A stretch of DNA of 64,000 nucleotides from the human T2T-CHM13v2.0 reference genome, Homo sapiens (GCF_009914755.1 NC_060926.1); one strand, 5' to 3'. Counted from the first letter of the stretch, positions 12,700 through 30,149 are shown. Translations and numbers: made by a program. Notes: generated from the sequence alone by a model not told the origin.

Positions 12700-13625
12700 G
12701 AATTACAAAAATTAAAATGTTGGTAATTGTAAAGAAAATTCAGCAGGTGAGTTAAATAGACGGTTAGGCACAGTTGAAGAAAAAAGGCATGTATAATAAT
12801 GTATAGTAGAACTGAAAAAAATCTAAGAACGCAGTACAGAAAGAAAGAAATGGCAAATATATAAGCAAAAGTAAGAAATCAAGAGAATAAAGTAAGAAGA
12901 TCCAATATATTTCTCAGAATTCCAGAAGGAAAGAATAGAGAGAACAATAAAGAGGCAAAATTCAAAATAAAATGACTAAGAAATTTCCAAAGTTGGTAAA
13001 AGACAATGAATATTCAAGAAGCACAGTATAAAGATATATCACAAGTGAATAAATGTAATAAGGCTGTCTAAGAAAACTAAGAGAAAATGTTAAAAGGAAG
13101 CAAAAAAGGAAAGACAGATTCCTTACGAAGGAGCAGTTAGATGGATAGCACATATCTCAATAGCAACCATAAACACTAGAAAATTCTAGATTATCTAGGT
13201 GATAATCTAGATCAGGACTCCTGCAGAGTCCTGAGGAAAAATATTGTTAACTTAGAATTCTATAAGCAGGTAGAATATCAACCAAGTGTGAGGACAAACT
13301 AAAAACATTTTTAAACAAATAAAAATGGAGAGAGTCCCCTACACTTAGGTTATTGATGAAAGAATAGCTAATTGAAGGATACACTTCAGGTAAAAAAATA
13401 ATTGACTCAGATAGGAAAATAGGATGCAAGAAGAAATGGTGAGCAAAGGAATACAAAAATAATGACTGAAAAAAATAAATCTGAGGGATTAAAAATAAGT
13501 ACTAAATAATATTAAAATGGAAATCTGAAATATAGAGTTGAAGGGTCCTAAGAGCCCACCATCGCTGGAGAGGAGAGGTTTGAAATAACATTAGACTTTA
13601 TTACTTGTATATATTAAAATATAAG
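12700..13625 (+). mobile_element. Very old L1M/HAL1 ORF1-region remnant
   Basis: A-rich L1 ORF1-like phrases (agaagatccaatata...attccagaagga, aaatttccaaagttggtaaaagac). Confidence 0.55.
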
Positions 13626-13628
13626 GCT

Positions 13629-16682
<3,054 letters not shown>

Positions 16683-16884
16683 ATTTTGGGGGTCCAGGGG
16701 ACCTTCCCAGCACTTCTTAAATTATACCATTATGACACATGTGATTCCATATCCTGGCAAAAACCCAAAGAAGAGTCATCACTTTATCTGATTTGTGGAT
16801 ATGTCCCATAATGTTCTATAGATACCCAATGTAATTCTTGATACTTGTGATAACAGAGGATGGTCAATTTGACAAATGCTGAGA

Positions 16885-17132
16885 TCAGAAAGCAATAGAG
16901 TTGAGGGCTTAGAAGCCAGGTTACCTGGCTTTAAGTTCAGATTCTTATCCATTCTGTAATCTTGGGCAAGATAAGCCACCTTTCTAAGCCTTGGTTTCAC
17001 CCATTGTAAAATGCAGGTAGTAACACTGTATATCTCATAGTGTTGTTGTTGCAGATCAAATTACTTCATACATGCAAAGCACCTGAAACACTGCCTGGAA
17101 TGTACTTAGTCTTCCATAAATGTTGGCTGTTA
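16885..17132 (+). mobile_element. MIR, near full length
   Basis: cttgggcaagataagccacctttctaagccttggtttc...tgtaaaatg...ataaatgttggctgtta. Confidence 0.8.
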
Positions 17133-17189
17133 CTCTTAGCAGTTCTGACAAAAAACTATCCGTCAAAAATCTGTTGTTCAAGAGTTTGA

Positions 17190-17717
17190 TTTCAGTACTT
17201 GTGTCTGCATAACATATCACTGTAAAACAAATGTATTACCATTCTTTATAATTTCATGAGTTGACTGGGATCAGATGGGTGGTTTTCCTGCTGGTCTTAC
17301 TTGGGGTCTCTCATGTGGTTGCAGTCACATGATGGCAGGGGCTGGAGTATTTGGAGGCTTGACTGTACTGCGACTGTACTCCCAGATGAGCTCTTTCCTA
17401 ACCTGTCTGGTGCCTCAGTGCTCCACCACATGGCTTTACTCTCCACAGAGCTCATCCTCCAAGGCTCTCCATGGGGCCTATCCTTCGGCGGCATACTTGG
17501 ACTTATCACATGGTAACTAGCTTCTAAGAACACAGGAGCAGAAGCTGCTAATCCTTTTTAATGCTTAGGTTCAGAACTGTCAGCATCACTTCTGCCCCAT
17601 TCTACTGGCAAGTCACAAGGCCATCCAGCTTCAATATGGGAGGGAGGGCACTAGAGAAGAACATTAGAAGAGGGAGGCAGGGCTCACTGGGGGTGGTTTT
17701 CAGTGACAGCAGCTACA
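17190..17717 (-). mobile_element. MLT1 (MaLR) LTR, MLT1H/I-like
   Basis: ttgactgggatcagatgggtggttttcctgctggtc...catcacttctgccccattctactggcaagtcacaaggcc. Confidence 0.65.
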
Positions 17718-18964
17718 GTTGGCATGTGGGAGTATGAAGAGTGTGTTACACCCAAAATGAAAGGACAGGTAAGGTGTGAGTATCAATAACTGAAGTGAAC
17801 ACAAACCAAGACTTGTGGTATAAATAGATCCAAGCAGGGGTAGGCCTGGCAGATGGTTGGCAGAACTCCATGCCAGTGGTTGGTAACAAAAGATGGTGAA
17901 GGTAGCTACCAGAGGAACTGGAGATCTTGATCACAGAAGACAACCTCTGAGTCCTAGAGTACCACAGACAGAAAAACCATTACCAAAGAACCACAAAGAA
18001 GTGACCATGGACAGGATAGGATGTAACCAACCAGGCCCTGGGCAATGGAGTGACATGCTGGCAACAGGAGGAGCAGACTCAAGGGCTTGATGCTGAGTGA
18101 GGGCAGCCTTCTTATCACACTGTGCTTAGAATCAGGATTGTTCAGAGATTCTGTAAGAGCATTAAGTGCGCTGTTTGGGATTCGGACAAGAGTGAAGAAG
18201 CAGCTAGAGCCAGGCCAGTCATCACACCTTTGGGCGCTGCAGAGTTATGAATATTTCCATTTGCATATCCACTTGCCCAAGGCTTACTTTGCATACAGAC
18301 CTGCTCACCTACCCCTCTAAAGGAACTTTCCAAAAGAGAAAACAATGAATAAATTTGCTCTTCCTCTCGAAGTGATAAGGATTGGACCCCACTGACCTCC
18401 ACTTTCACATCATCTCACACCTGATTTATTCTGATTAATAATAAGTGGTTCCCCCACTCCCAGTGTTCTCCCTGCTTCCATCTGACTGTACCCTGCTCTC
18501 CTATTAACCTTCTGGAAGCATTGTCTTTGTTTTCATGCTCCACAAATATTTAAATATTTTGTACTGTCTACGTAAGTTCAAACACCTTGGGCTGTCATTC
18601 ATGAAACCCTAGGCCTTTGTCTGTGAAGAATGGGGTGGAGTTGGAGGATGGCAGAAGTAAAACCCACAGATACCAGTAGGGATTGCATTCTGGCTTTATA
18701 AAACCTCAAAAGGGACAAGAACAGCATAGACCAGGAAACAGCTGGATGTTGTTCTTTCAGAAAGAATATGGAAATAAACCAAGGGGGTCTGTTTGATCAT
18801 CGAACAGACCAAGGGGGTGACAACTGGTCAGCAGCCTGCAGGGGTGAAACATCTGCTAGGTCTGAACCAAAGGGATCCCAGAAATTTGTTATCTTCCCTA
18901 TTGGAAGAGTCCATCATCACCTCAAAGCAATTGCTGCTTCTTGTAAAGCCACTCAACAAGTCAC

Positions 18965-19196
18965 AGGCGTAGGCATGGCAGGTGATTGGCAGAACTCCAT
19001 GCTAGTGGTTCACTTAGAACAGTCATCCATGCATAGTGTCTGGGTTCTCGGTCCCAATGTTTTCAATCCATCATATTCTACAAGTTTTTCTCTGTGCCTG
19101 CACCACAGATTATGCAATTTCCTTTATCTACACCTGTGTAGAGATGAGGAGGTTTTTCCATTTCTCCATGTTGGAGGTTCGTTGAATTGAATTAAC
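18965..19196 (-). pseudogene. Decayed exon 3-like segment (second half of FN3 D1)
   Basis: Pyrimidine tract + aacag|G acceptor (phase 2). Reads ...KW/KPPHL-Y-TGVDKGN-C (C-x7-C if TGC>TAC)...HYAWMTVLS (YYARVTAVS-like) EPLAWSSANHLP; degenerate donor GTGACT at 18964-18959. Confidence 0.6.
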
Positions 19197-19755
19197 CTGT
19201 TACAGATTTGGACTCAGAAAGAGGAAAAAAAGGAAATTGTCTAGAAGCATTAAACTCTGAGGCTTCCACTGATCTCTCAAGCCAGTTTTAAGTAACTACA
19301 TTATATTGATATAATAATATCAGTGGATAACAAAATATTCTCTTCACATTATCTGGACCTTTTCTTCTAGATACCAGGGTCCCAATCCATGTAGACAGAA
19401 GTTCATGTTGTGCTGTGCTGGACTTCCTTTAGCAAGGCATTTATTTTCACTACCAAGTAAAGTTTGATTTTATTTTAGTAGGTTTAAAAATATTATTTTT
19501 AATAATCTTCCCAAAGTAAATGAGTGTATATTTCAATAGTAACAGGGCATTTGTTGCATCATTTTGTTTTTAATATACTGTGAAGATAAACATTTCAGAT
19601 GAATACCATATTTATAAAATGTCTAAAGAAATGTAAGCAAATTGTTTTTGAAATTGTTTATAAATATTAGGAGTTTTAAGCATATGTGGTGCTAAGTAAT
19701 ATTGACATGTCTGGGAAAATGTGCAAAATAGAAGGCAAATAAGGCAGCTACTCAC

Positions 19756-19903
19756 TCCCCAAATTCACTTACCCACAAGCAAAATAAATTATTTGAGAAA
19801 AAAAATTTGATGAAATTAGTGAGGCCACCAGTGACATTTAAAACACGTATTTAAATACAAATCTGAATCAAGTTAAGCAGCGAAAAAAACCTCGACCCCT
19901 ATA
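19756..19903 (-). pseudogene. Decayed exon 2-like segment (first half of FN3 D1)
   Basis: Branch point TACTAAC (19941-19947), long pyrimidine tract, catag| acceptor, donors GG|GTAAGT (19773) and GA|GTGAGT (19756). 148 nt = phase 1->2 without net frameshift: *GSRFFSLLNLIQICI*IRVLNVTGGLTNFIKFFFSNNLFCLWVSEFG (compare IFNGR1 NVTIESYNM...VFTVEVKNYG). Confidence 0.6.
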
Positions 19904-21439
19904 CTATGAAAGGCAGGAAAGAAAAAGAACACAGGCATTTGTTAGTACAAGAATTACTGTTGAGGGTGGAAATTCTTTCTGGAGATTATAAAAATATGGT
20001 AATAACAGATTTGATGTCATATTTTTTCCTAAGGACTGAGGGGTACAGTTGATTCCTTAAGTAGTCGGGCAGCTTGTGGATTCTATTGTCATAATTCAGT
20101 CCTGTATTGAGTTTCAAATATCTACTGTTCCCAAATGTTCAGTGTCTAAGTTCCTGAGACTTTCCTCTCAGGATCTCTCCAGTATTCAGCAGTAATATAT
20201 CAAGTGTTCATCTTCAAGTGTATCAGCAGCCATTCAATCATTTTTCCAAAGAAATTGATCAAATATCAGAAACAGTAGAATTCCCAGATTGTTTTCTCTT
20301 CCTAGGTCAGACTTCATCATTTCTAGGATTTGTTTGAAGTCTTTAAAAATTTTATAACTTAGACTTTCCTCCTGACTTCTCCCGGCAAAGTATTGGTCTT
20401 AACAAGTTTCTATTTTCTTCCCCATGTCGTTTACCTTCAAAGTGGCTTCATATTTTATCTTTGAGTCCTGAACACAGAACACAGAGGTAAAATATAGCTA
20501 TGCTAGATTTTAAGAGATGATGAAGCTGTTTTAATGAGGGCAAAATAAAACCTATGGAAGTACAGCCTCCATAAAAAATAACTAAATACACATCAAATGT
20601 AGAAAGCCCCACGCTTTCTATGATTTTTACAATTACTAGGACCATATAAATCATAGGAATTTGGGTGTGGGAAAGTGGGCTGAGCTCTTTGGAGGGAAAG
20701 AAGGTCATTTTTATAGTTAGCCTTTCTGTAGTGCAGAAATCTTTGCTGTGAAAAACGGTACTCAGCAATTAAAGTGAGGTTAAAAAGAAACTGAAATGTT
20801 CTCTTCTTCCTATTTTCAGAAAAGAGTGGAAATGGTAGTTGGGACAGTTGCAGAGATGGAGGGATTATCTACAGAGGGCATGAGGCTGTGGTTGGTGCAT
20901 CAGAGGAAATGAAAAAAGAGCAGTGGTGTGTCATTGCATCCATAGTAGCAAATATTGAAACCTACTGAAGCTAATTTAAGTAGGAAAGCAATATTTTATG
21001 GGTGTTAGGTAGTTCTTAGAATTTCTGGAAAGGCCAGAAAGTTATTGTTTGAGGCTATCCAACTGGAGAAGATGCTCAACTCTCATGAGGAAATGGCCCC
21101 ACTGAAGACCCACTGCTGCTGTGTCCCCTGCACCTTCGCCCACATCAGTTACCCTGAGAACTAAGAACCAGATACTATAAATTATGCAACTATTGTTCCT
21201 TGAAGCTGAAATCTTCCACTGCCACTCGTCAGAAAGTGGATTCTTGCCTTATCACATAGCTGTCTTATGAACTGCAGTCTCAGATGGTTACATCTGATAG
21301 GCAGAGAATATATCATAAGATATTGGGGAAATTGAATCTCTAGCTTCTACTCTGGAAGACAGAGGCATAATGCGGGACATTGCCCAAATGTGAGAATGGC
21401 AAATATATTCCATCAGCAAATGTCCTCCAACAGCAGTAT

Positions 21440-21645
21440 GGTTCCAGTGTAGGAGACAGGAAGTCAAGAAGTTTGATAGATTAAATGTTACAAATGAGAG
21501 AAAATGGAGCATCATGAATGACTCCCAGATTTCAGGTTTGCATAATGTGGTAGATGGTGTGGGCATGACTGAGATGAAGTGGGTTTGAGGAAGGAGCATG
21601 TTTAGTACAGGAAAGGCAGTCAGAATCAAGAGTTCATTTTTGGTG
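21440..21645 (-). mobile_element. L2 fragment (continues at ~28990)
   Basis: gaatgactcccagatttcaggtttg...tcaagagttcatttttgg. Confidence 0.6.
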
Positions 21646-21649
21646 AATT

Positions 21650-23040
<1,391 letters not shown>

Positions 23041-23059
23041 AAAAATGTCAGTTTCATCT

Positions 23060-25422
23060 TCAATAAAATACCAGCAAACTGAATTCAGCAGCATATTAAA
23101 ATGATTATATGCCATGAACAAAAGATACTTATTCCTGGAATTCAAGGATGATTCAACATACAAAAATCTATCAGTGTAATACTCCAGATTAATAGAACAA
23201 AGGAAATAAAGTCACACAATCATCTCAATTGATGCAGAAAAGGCATTTGACAAAATTCAACACTGCTTTGTGATTTAAAAAGAACATTTGACAAATCAGG
23301 AATTAAAGGAGATTTCCCAACATGATAAAAGCCATCCATATATGAAAAACCCCCTGATAACATCATGACAGTTTTTCAGAGCAATTAGGCAACAGAAAGA
23401 AATAAAAACATCCAAATTGGAAAGAAAGAAGTAAAATGATCATTTGCAAATGACATGATCTTCTATGTAGAAAACCTTAAAGATTACACACTTACACAAA
23501 CTGTTAGAACCAATAAGCAAATTTAGCAAAGTTGCAAGATACAAAGTCAACACACAAAAGTCAGTTGTGTTTCTGTACACTAACAATGAGCAATTCAGAA
23601 AGGAAAACAACTCCATTTACAATAACATCAAATGGAATAAAATACTTATGAATTAACTCAACCAAAGAGATAGAAGACCTGTACAATGAAAAATACAAAA
23701 TATTGCTGAAAGAAATAAAGGAGACATAAATAAATGGAAAGATATCCTATGTTCATAGATTGGAAGACTTAATATTTTTAAGATGTCTATATTACCCAAA
23801 GCCATCTAAAGATTTAATGCACTCCCCATTAAAATCCCAATGGTGTTGTTTTGCAGAAATATTTTTTAAATTCTAAAATTTGTATGGAATTCAACAAACC
23901 CTGACTAGCCAAAAAAACTTGAAAAAATAAGAACAAAACAATAGTGAAAAAGATCAAAGTTGAAGGACTTCCTGATTTCAAAACGTACTACAAAGTTACA
24001 GTGATCACACTAATGTCTTTAGGTTAGTGTGGTACTAGTCTAAAGACAGACAGACCAATGGAATAGAATAGAGAGCTCAGAAACAAGCCCTCGCATATAT
24101 GGTCAACTGATTTTCAACAAGGGTGACAAGACCATTCAATTAAAAGGACAGTCTTTTAAACAAACAGTGCTGAGAAAACAATATCCACATGCAAAAGGAT
24201 GAAATTGGATTCTTACTGTATACAAAAAATAAAGTGGATGAAAGCTCTAAATGTAGGTACTAAAACTATAAAACTCTTATAAGAAAACATGGAGGAAAAG
24301 CTTCATGACATTGGGTTTGGCAATGAATCTTTGGATATGACAGTAAAAACACAGCAATAAAAGAAAAAATAAATTGGACACTGATATTAAAAACTTTTGT
24401 ACATCAGAGGATACTATCAACAGGATAAAAAGGCAACCTACAGAATAGGAGAAAATATTTGGAAATGATATATATCTGATAAGGCATGAATTTCTGGAAT
24501 ATGCGGAGCTCCCCTACAACACAACAACAACAAACCAATCCAATTCAAAAATGGGCAAAGGGCTTGAATAGACATTCCTCCAAAGAAGATATACAAATGA
24601 CCAAAAAGCACCTAAAAAATTCTCACCAACACTAATCATTAGGAAAATGCAAATCAAAATCACAATGAGATACCAATTCACACCATTGAAATGGCTATGA
24701 TAAAAAAACAAACAAACAAACAAAACAGAAAATAACAAGTGCCAGCAAGGATATAGATAAATTGGAACTCTTGTGCATTGCTAATGGGAATGTAAAATGG
24801 CAAAGCCACTGTGGAAAATAGCATGGCAGTTCCTCAAAATCTTAAACATAAAATTACCATATCATTTACCAATTTCACTTGAGTATATTCTCAAAATAAT
24901 TAAAAGTAGTGGTTTGAACAGATATTTGTACATCAATGTTTATAGCACTGTTATTATAGCCAAAAGGTGAAAACAATCCAAATGTCCTTTGACAGATGAA
25001 TAGATAAAAAAAATTTATATATATATATACACACACACACAATGGGATGTTTTCAGCCTTAAAAAGGAATGAAATTCTGATACATTCCACAACATGGATG
25101 AACCTTGAAAACATTATGGTAAGTGAAATAAGTCACACATAAAAGGACAAGTATTATATGATTCTGCTTATATGAAGTACCTAGAATAGACAAATTCATA
25201 GAGAAAAAAATTAGAATAGTGGTTACCAGAGGCTGAGGGGAGGAGGTGTATAGTTTTTGTTTAATGGGTTCAGAGTTTCAGGTTGAGATGATGAAAAAGT
25301 TCTGAAGATGAATAGGGGTGATTGTTGCACAACAATGTGAAAATACTTAATGCCACTTAACTGTATGCTTAAAAATGGTTAAAATAGTAAATTTTATATT
25401 ATGTATATTTATCACGATAAAA
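23060..25422 (+). mobile_element. 5'-truncated L1MB (ORF2 RT to 3' UTR)
   Basis: gatgcagaaaaggcatttgacaaaattcaac, tttgcaaatgacatgatc, and an L1MB-type 3' UTR ending aaattttatattatgtatattt. Confidence 0.85.
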
Positions 25423-25589
25423 AGTCAATGTCTTGAAAGACAACAAAGGCTGTAGAAATGAATCAAATTAAAGAAGAACACAAAAGCAATTTAAAAGTTG
25501 AATAAAATGTTAACAATGGGAGAATCTGGGGTAAAGTTACAACAATTTTATTCTTGCGGCTATTCTATAAAGTTATTTCCAAATAAAAA

Positions 25590-26250
25590 AAGTTTTTAAA
25601 AATGAAGAAAGAGATTAAAAGAATTCAAAACAAAGTGACAAATAAAGACTACAGACAAAGAAGATCCAACATAGCATAATAGCATAATAACAGTCCTGGG
25701 GAAAAAAGGAAACATAACAAACACTAAAAATTATAATTTTAAAAAATTCCTGAAATAAAATTGAATTTATATTGTGAAAGGGAATATAATTTACTAAGTA
25801 TATTAACCCAGAATGACAAACACAAAGTCCAGTAAAACTGCTATATTATAAAGGAAGTGAAAAAAACTCTAATTAGGCAAAAAGATCAAGTGATTCTTAG
25901 GGAAAGAAAACCATGTTATAGCCAGCCCTTTGACATTTTATGCTAAGAAAAGAAAATGTAAATAAAGTATCTTAGACCCAGGAAAAATTTATTTTCAACT
26001 ATAAAGACGACCATCAACCTGTTATTAACATTCAAGGACCCAGAAAATATTGCTTCCATGACTAATTCCTAAATAATCTTCTGGAAAACAGGCTTCAGAC
26101 AACCTAAATGACAAGAGAGAAATTGACATTAAAAACTGGCAGTATTGGTAAATATATATTTACTAATAGAATAAGATTCAATCATGGATAAAAGAGAGTG
26201 TGTATAATGTCTACACAGTCCCTCACAATATAGATAACAAAAAGAAAAAG
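25590..26250 (+). mobile_element. Old L1M ORF1 remnant (continuation)
   Basis: gacaaagaagatccaacata...aaattcctgaaataaaa...ttgaatttatattgtgaaaggg. Confidence 0.5.
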
Positions 26251-26528
26251 AATAGAAAAGGCATAATAACCCCAAATTTTATTATTTTTGTTTTTATTAT
26301 ATTGGTATTTTATTCTAAGACTTTTGTGTGGATAATGTAAATGAGTAATTATGTCATATTCTAACATCCGTGTGTAATTGGGCACCAGAATTGTCAGTAA
26401 GGAAAAAAGAAAATACAAAAGTAACATACAAGATATCAAGTGAAAATCCTATGGAATTTGAAGTAACAGAATAAATAAAAAAAAATTTTATCTTTAGATA
26501 ATATAAGCGTATGTCTGGATTTGTTGGG

Positions 26529-26922
<394 letters not shown>

Positions 26923-27121
26923 TAACCATGCTCATTGAAAAGGTCTAGAATAGAAGATCAACCTAGTAGCAATGTGTATTCTTTGTCTCCAAATTTTGGT
27001 TTTGAAATACGATTTTCCAATAAAAAGAACCAAAGCTTCTCAGAGAAAAGGTTAGTTCCAGGTCAGAGCAAGAAATATTCAAAATGAGCTTAAAACATCT
27101 TGTTATGCCCGATAACAAACA

Positions 27122-28185
27122 TGACAGATTTCAAAAAGTGGCTGCAAAAATATTTCCTATTTCACATACTTTTTTCCAATGTGACCTTGCCATCAATAAG
27201 TGGACTTTTTCTCAGCCTTTTTTAATCTGGGAGAGTTCTATGACTGCTTTGATGAAAAGAGTATGGAGGAAAAGACCCTATCCCAGTTCCAGCAGTAGAT
27301 CTTAACTGGTCTAGCAGCTTGCATTTTATACCTCTTAGAATGTTTGCTCTTGGAAAATTCTATCTTGGAACCCAGCTACCATTCTATGAAAAGCCAAGCC
27401 ATCTTGAGAAGTCATGTGTAGGTGGTCGGTCCCATTGACAACCTCAAATGAGCTGCCAGCCAACAACCAGCATCAACTGCCAGTCAGGTAAGTGAGTCCT
27501 CTTGGTCATTCAGCCAAGTTGAGCTTTTGGATGACTACGTCCTCAACTAGCAATTGACTACAAATTTATAATATACCCCGTGGTAGGCAGAAAATGTCTC
27601 CCAAAGATGTCAATTTCCTAATCTCCATAATCTGTGAATGTTATGTTACATGGCAAAGGGTATTCTGATCGCTAATCACCTGACCTTAAAATAGGGAGAT
27701 TATTCTGAATTATCAGAGTGGGCTTAATGTGATCACAAGAGTTCTGAGCAGTGGAAGAGGGAGGCAAAAGAGGAGTGTGGAGTGCTGGGATGTCAGAAGG
27801 ATTAGGCCTGCCACTGCTAGCTTTGAAGATAAAAGAAAGACAGCATGAGCTAAGGACTATAGGCAGCTTCTAGAAGCTGGAGAAGGCAAAGAAACCGATT
27901 ATCTCCTAGAGCCCTGAGAAAGGAATACAGCCCTGTCAACACTGTGATTTTAGCCCAATGAGATTAAATTCTGATTTTTGACCTTCCAAAACTATAAGAT
28001 AGATTTACATTGTTTAAACCATTAAATTTGTGGTAATTTGTTACAGCAGTGATAGGAAATTAATATAGGCCCCAAGTGAGAACTACCCAGTAGAGCCCAG
28101 TCGACTCATAGAAACATGAGAAATAATTTTTAAAAATGAAGTTTGAACCACTAAGTTTTACTGCATAGCAATAGATAACTGGAAT
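27122..28185 (+). mobile_element. MLT1H-like LTR split by an MLT1D
   Basis: ttggaacccagctacc...catcaactgccagtcaggtaagtgag...[insert]...ccaagtgagaactacccag...catagcaatagataactggaata. Confidence 0.75.
27579..28067 (+). mobile_element. MLT1D-like LTR
   Basis: gtggtaggcagaa start, gaccttaaaatagggagattatt, tctagaagctggagaaggcaaag, end tttgttacagcagtgataggaaattaatata. Confidence 0.82.
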
Positions 28186-28989
28186 AGCAAGGAAGTTACC
28201 AAGTCTATTAGGCTATCTGAATAGAATTCATAAGCCAAACTGAAAAGGTTTCCATTAGGCAAAGGGGGAATAAATGGAGCATCAATAAGGATAACACTTT
28301 AATAGAGTAAATGATCAAATGCATTTAAATTCATAACTTCATAAAGATACAACAAAATTGATCACCTTTGCAGGATGTCAAAGAATAAATTCATTATTTG
28401 TAAAACTGTTAGGTTAAAAAAAAAACTCAAACACTTAGCCTACTCCTCTTATACTATCAAATACCAGAAGAGGAAAATTTTTTTCTTTATGTAATTTTTC
28501 CAGTAACAAAGGAAAGAGTGATTGAATTTGAATATATCTCTACCATGCAATCTGTAAGTAATTAATGGACTTAGGCATTGAGAATTAGTGGCAGCAAAAA
28601 TTGCAAAAAGAAGTTCCATCAGATAACATGCATATCCTGCTGGGGGAACACACCACCACAATAAAGTAGCCTTGGAAAAAAGAAAAGAAGAGAACGACCT
28701 GAGTCTTATGTCTGATAAAGCCTCTGGGTCAACTACCAATTTATGGCAAACACAAAGAACAAAGGAGAGAGGAATACATTAAACTATTAGTACACCAAAA
28801 AGATAAAGTCAACAAAATCCAGCATAGGGAATTCTGCATATAAATTTCTTTGTTTCTTCAATAAATAAAATGCAAACAGGGAAAATGGATGGAGGGGGAA
28901 GCCTGTAGATTAAAAAACACTTAAAAGACATAATTTAAAGCTAAAACTAAAGTACAGCATTGAAGGATGTCCCCTTGGATAATACAATT

Positions 28990-29720
28990 AAAAAGATAGA
29001 GTTAAAGGGTCTAATCCTGGAGCACTTCAACATCTGGAGATGGATAGAGATGGAGGAGTCAGAAAAGGAATTGAGGAATGACCAGAGAAGCAAGAGGTGA
29101 AGCAGGCTGGTATCATAGAGGCCAAGAGAAAAGCATGCTCTGGATGGGGTAGTTGTCAACTGAATCAAATGTTGTCATGAAGTCAATAAGATGAAAATTG
29201 AGAAGTGGTCATCAGATTTGCCAGCACACAGTTCATTGGTGACCTTGCTAAAAGCAGTGTCAGAGGAGTTGAGGGCAAAGCTAAATCAAATGAGTGACAG
29301 TAACTGGAAGATGAAAAGAGACATTTAATGGCTATTGGCAACTCTTTAAAAATGTTTGCTTGAGAAGAGGAGCAGAGATACAGCCTGGTAGCTAGGGGAC
29401 AATACGGGGTTAATGGAGATTTCTTTTTAAAGTGGAGTTTATTCTAGCATATTTGTATGCTGAGAGAGAGCTTGAAGATATAGAAGAGAAAAAGAATAAA
29501 CAAAAAAGAAAAATTCTTGCAGAGTTGAGATGGGATGAAACCCAAAACACACATGGAAACATTGGTCTCTGATAGAGGGAGGGTTTCTCCCTCTGCTAGA
29601 GGATGCAAAAGTAAATGCCCATTTGGGTGTATTTGCAGATTTGGTGGTAGGGAGGTAAGGGAATTTCTACTAGATGGATTACATTCTTTCCTTTCAGTTT
29701 GAAACAAGCCCATCGTCTTC
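28990..29720 (-). mobile_element. L2 fragment
   Basis: gtcaactgaatcaaatgttg...gttcattggtgaccttgctaaaagcagtgtcagaggag. Confidence 0.75.
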
Positions 29721-30149
29721 AAAGATGTGGAGCTGTATCAGGATATCCCATTTATTAACCATGGGATTGAGGGTAGTGGTTTTTAAATTTTTTTTGGACC
29801 ATTACCCACTAATAAATATATTTTTCTTATGACCCACTATACAGAAACACAGATAATTGAAATAAACTTTCATGGCCCAGTGCTTACTCCTATTAGGTAT
29901 GTTCTCTTTTCTTTCTTTTTCAAGCCTGCTAGGCAAACTAGACTGGCAAGAGCCACAACCTTTTGAAGCAGAGCACAAGGGTTGGGGAGGAGGAAAATAA
30001 AGGGGATCCTATCCCATGTCAGGGTAAATATGACTCCCGAGCAGGGACTGGCCTTCCTGTCTCAGAAATACATGTAAATTAAGGATATTAAATCAGAAAC
30101 TGGCTAACAAGATTATTTCCAATACACTTATATGCTAAAAGATTGTTTT

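Noticed and set aside
18768-19190. 140-aa + strand ORF
   Set aside because: No recognisable protein; it is antisense to the pseudo-exon 3 region.
19160-19196. FNSTNLQH read as the exon 2 F.S.N motif
   Set aside because: A better exon 2 with correct phases exists at 19756-19903, and this segment fits exon 3 by its C-x7-C and YARV-like motifs.
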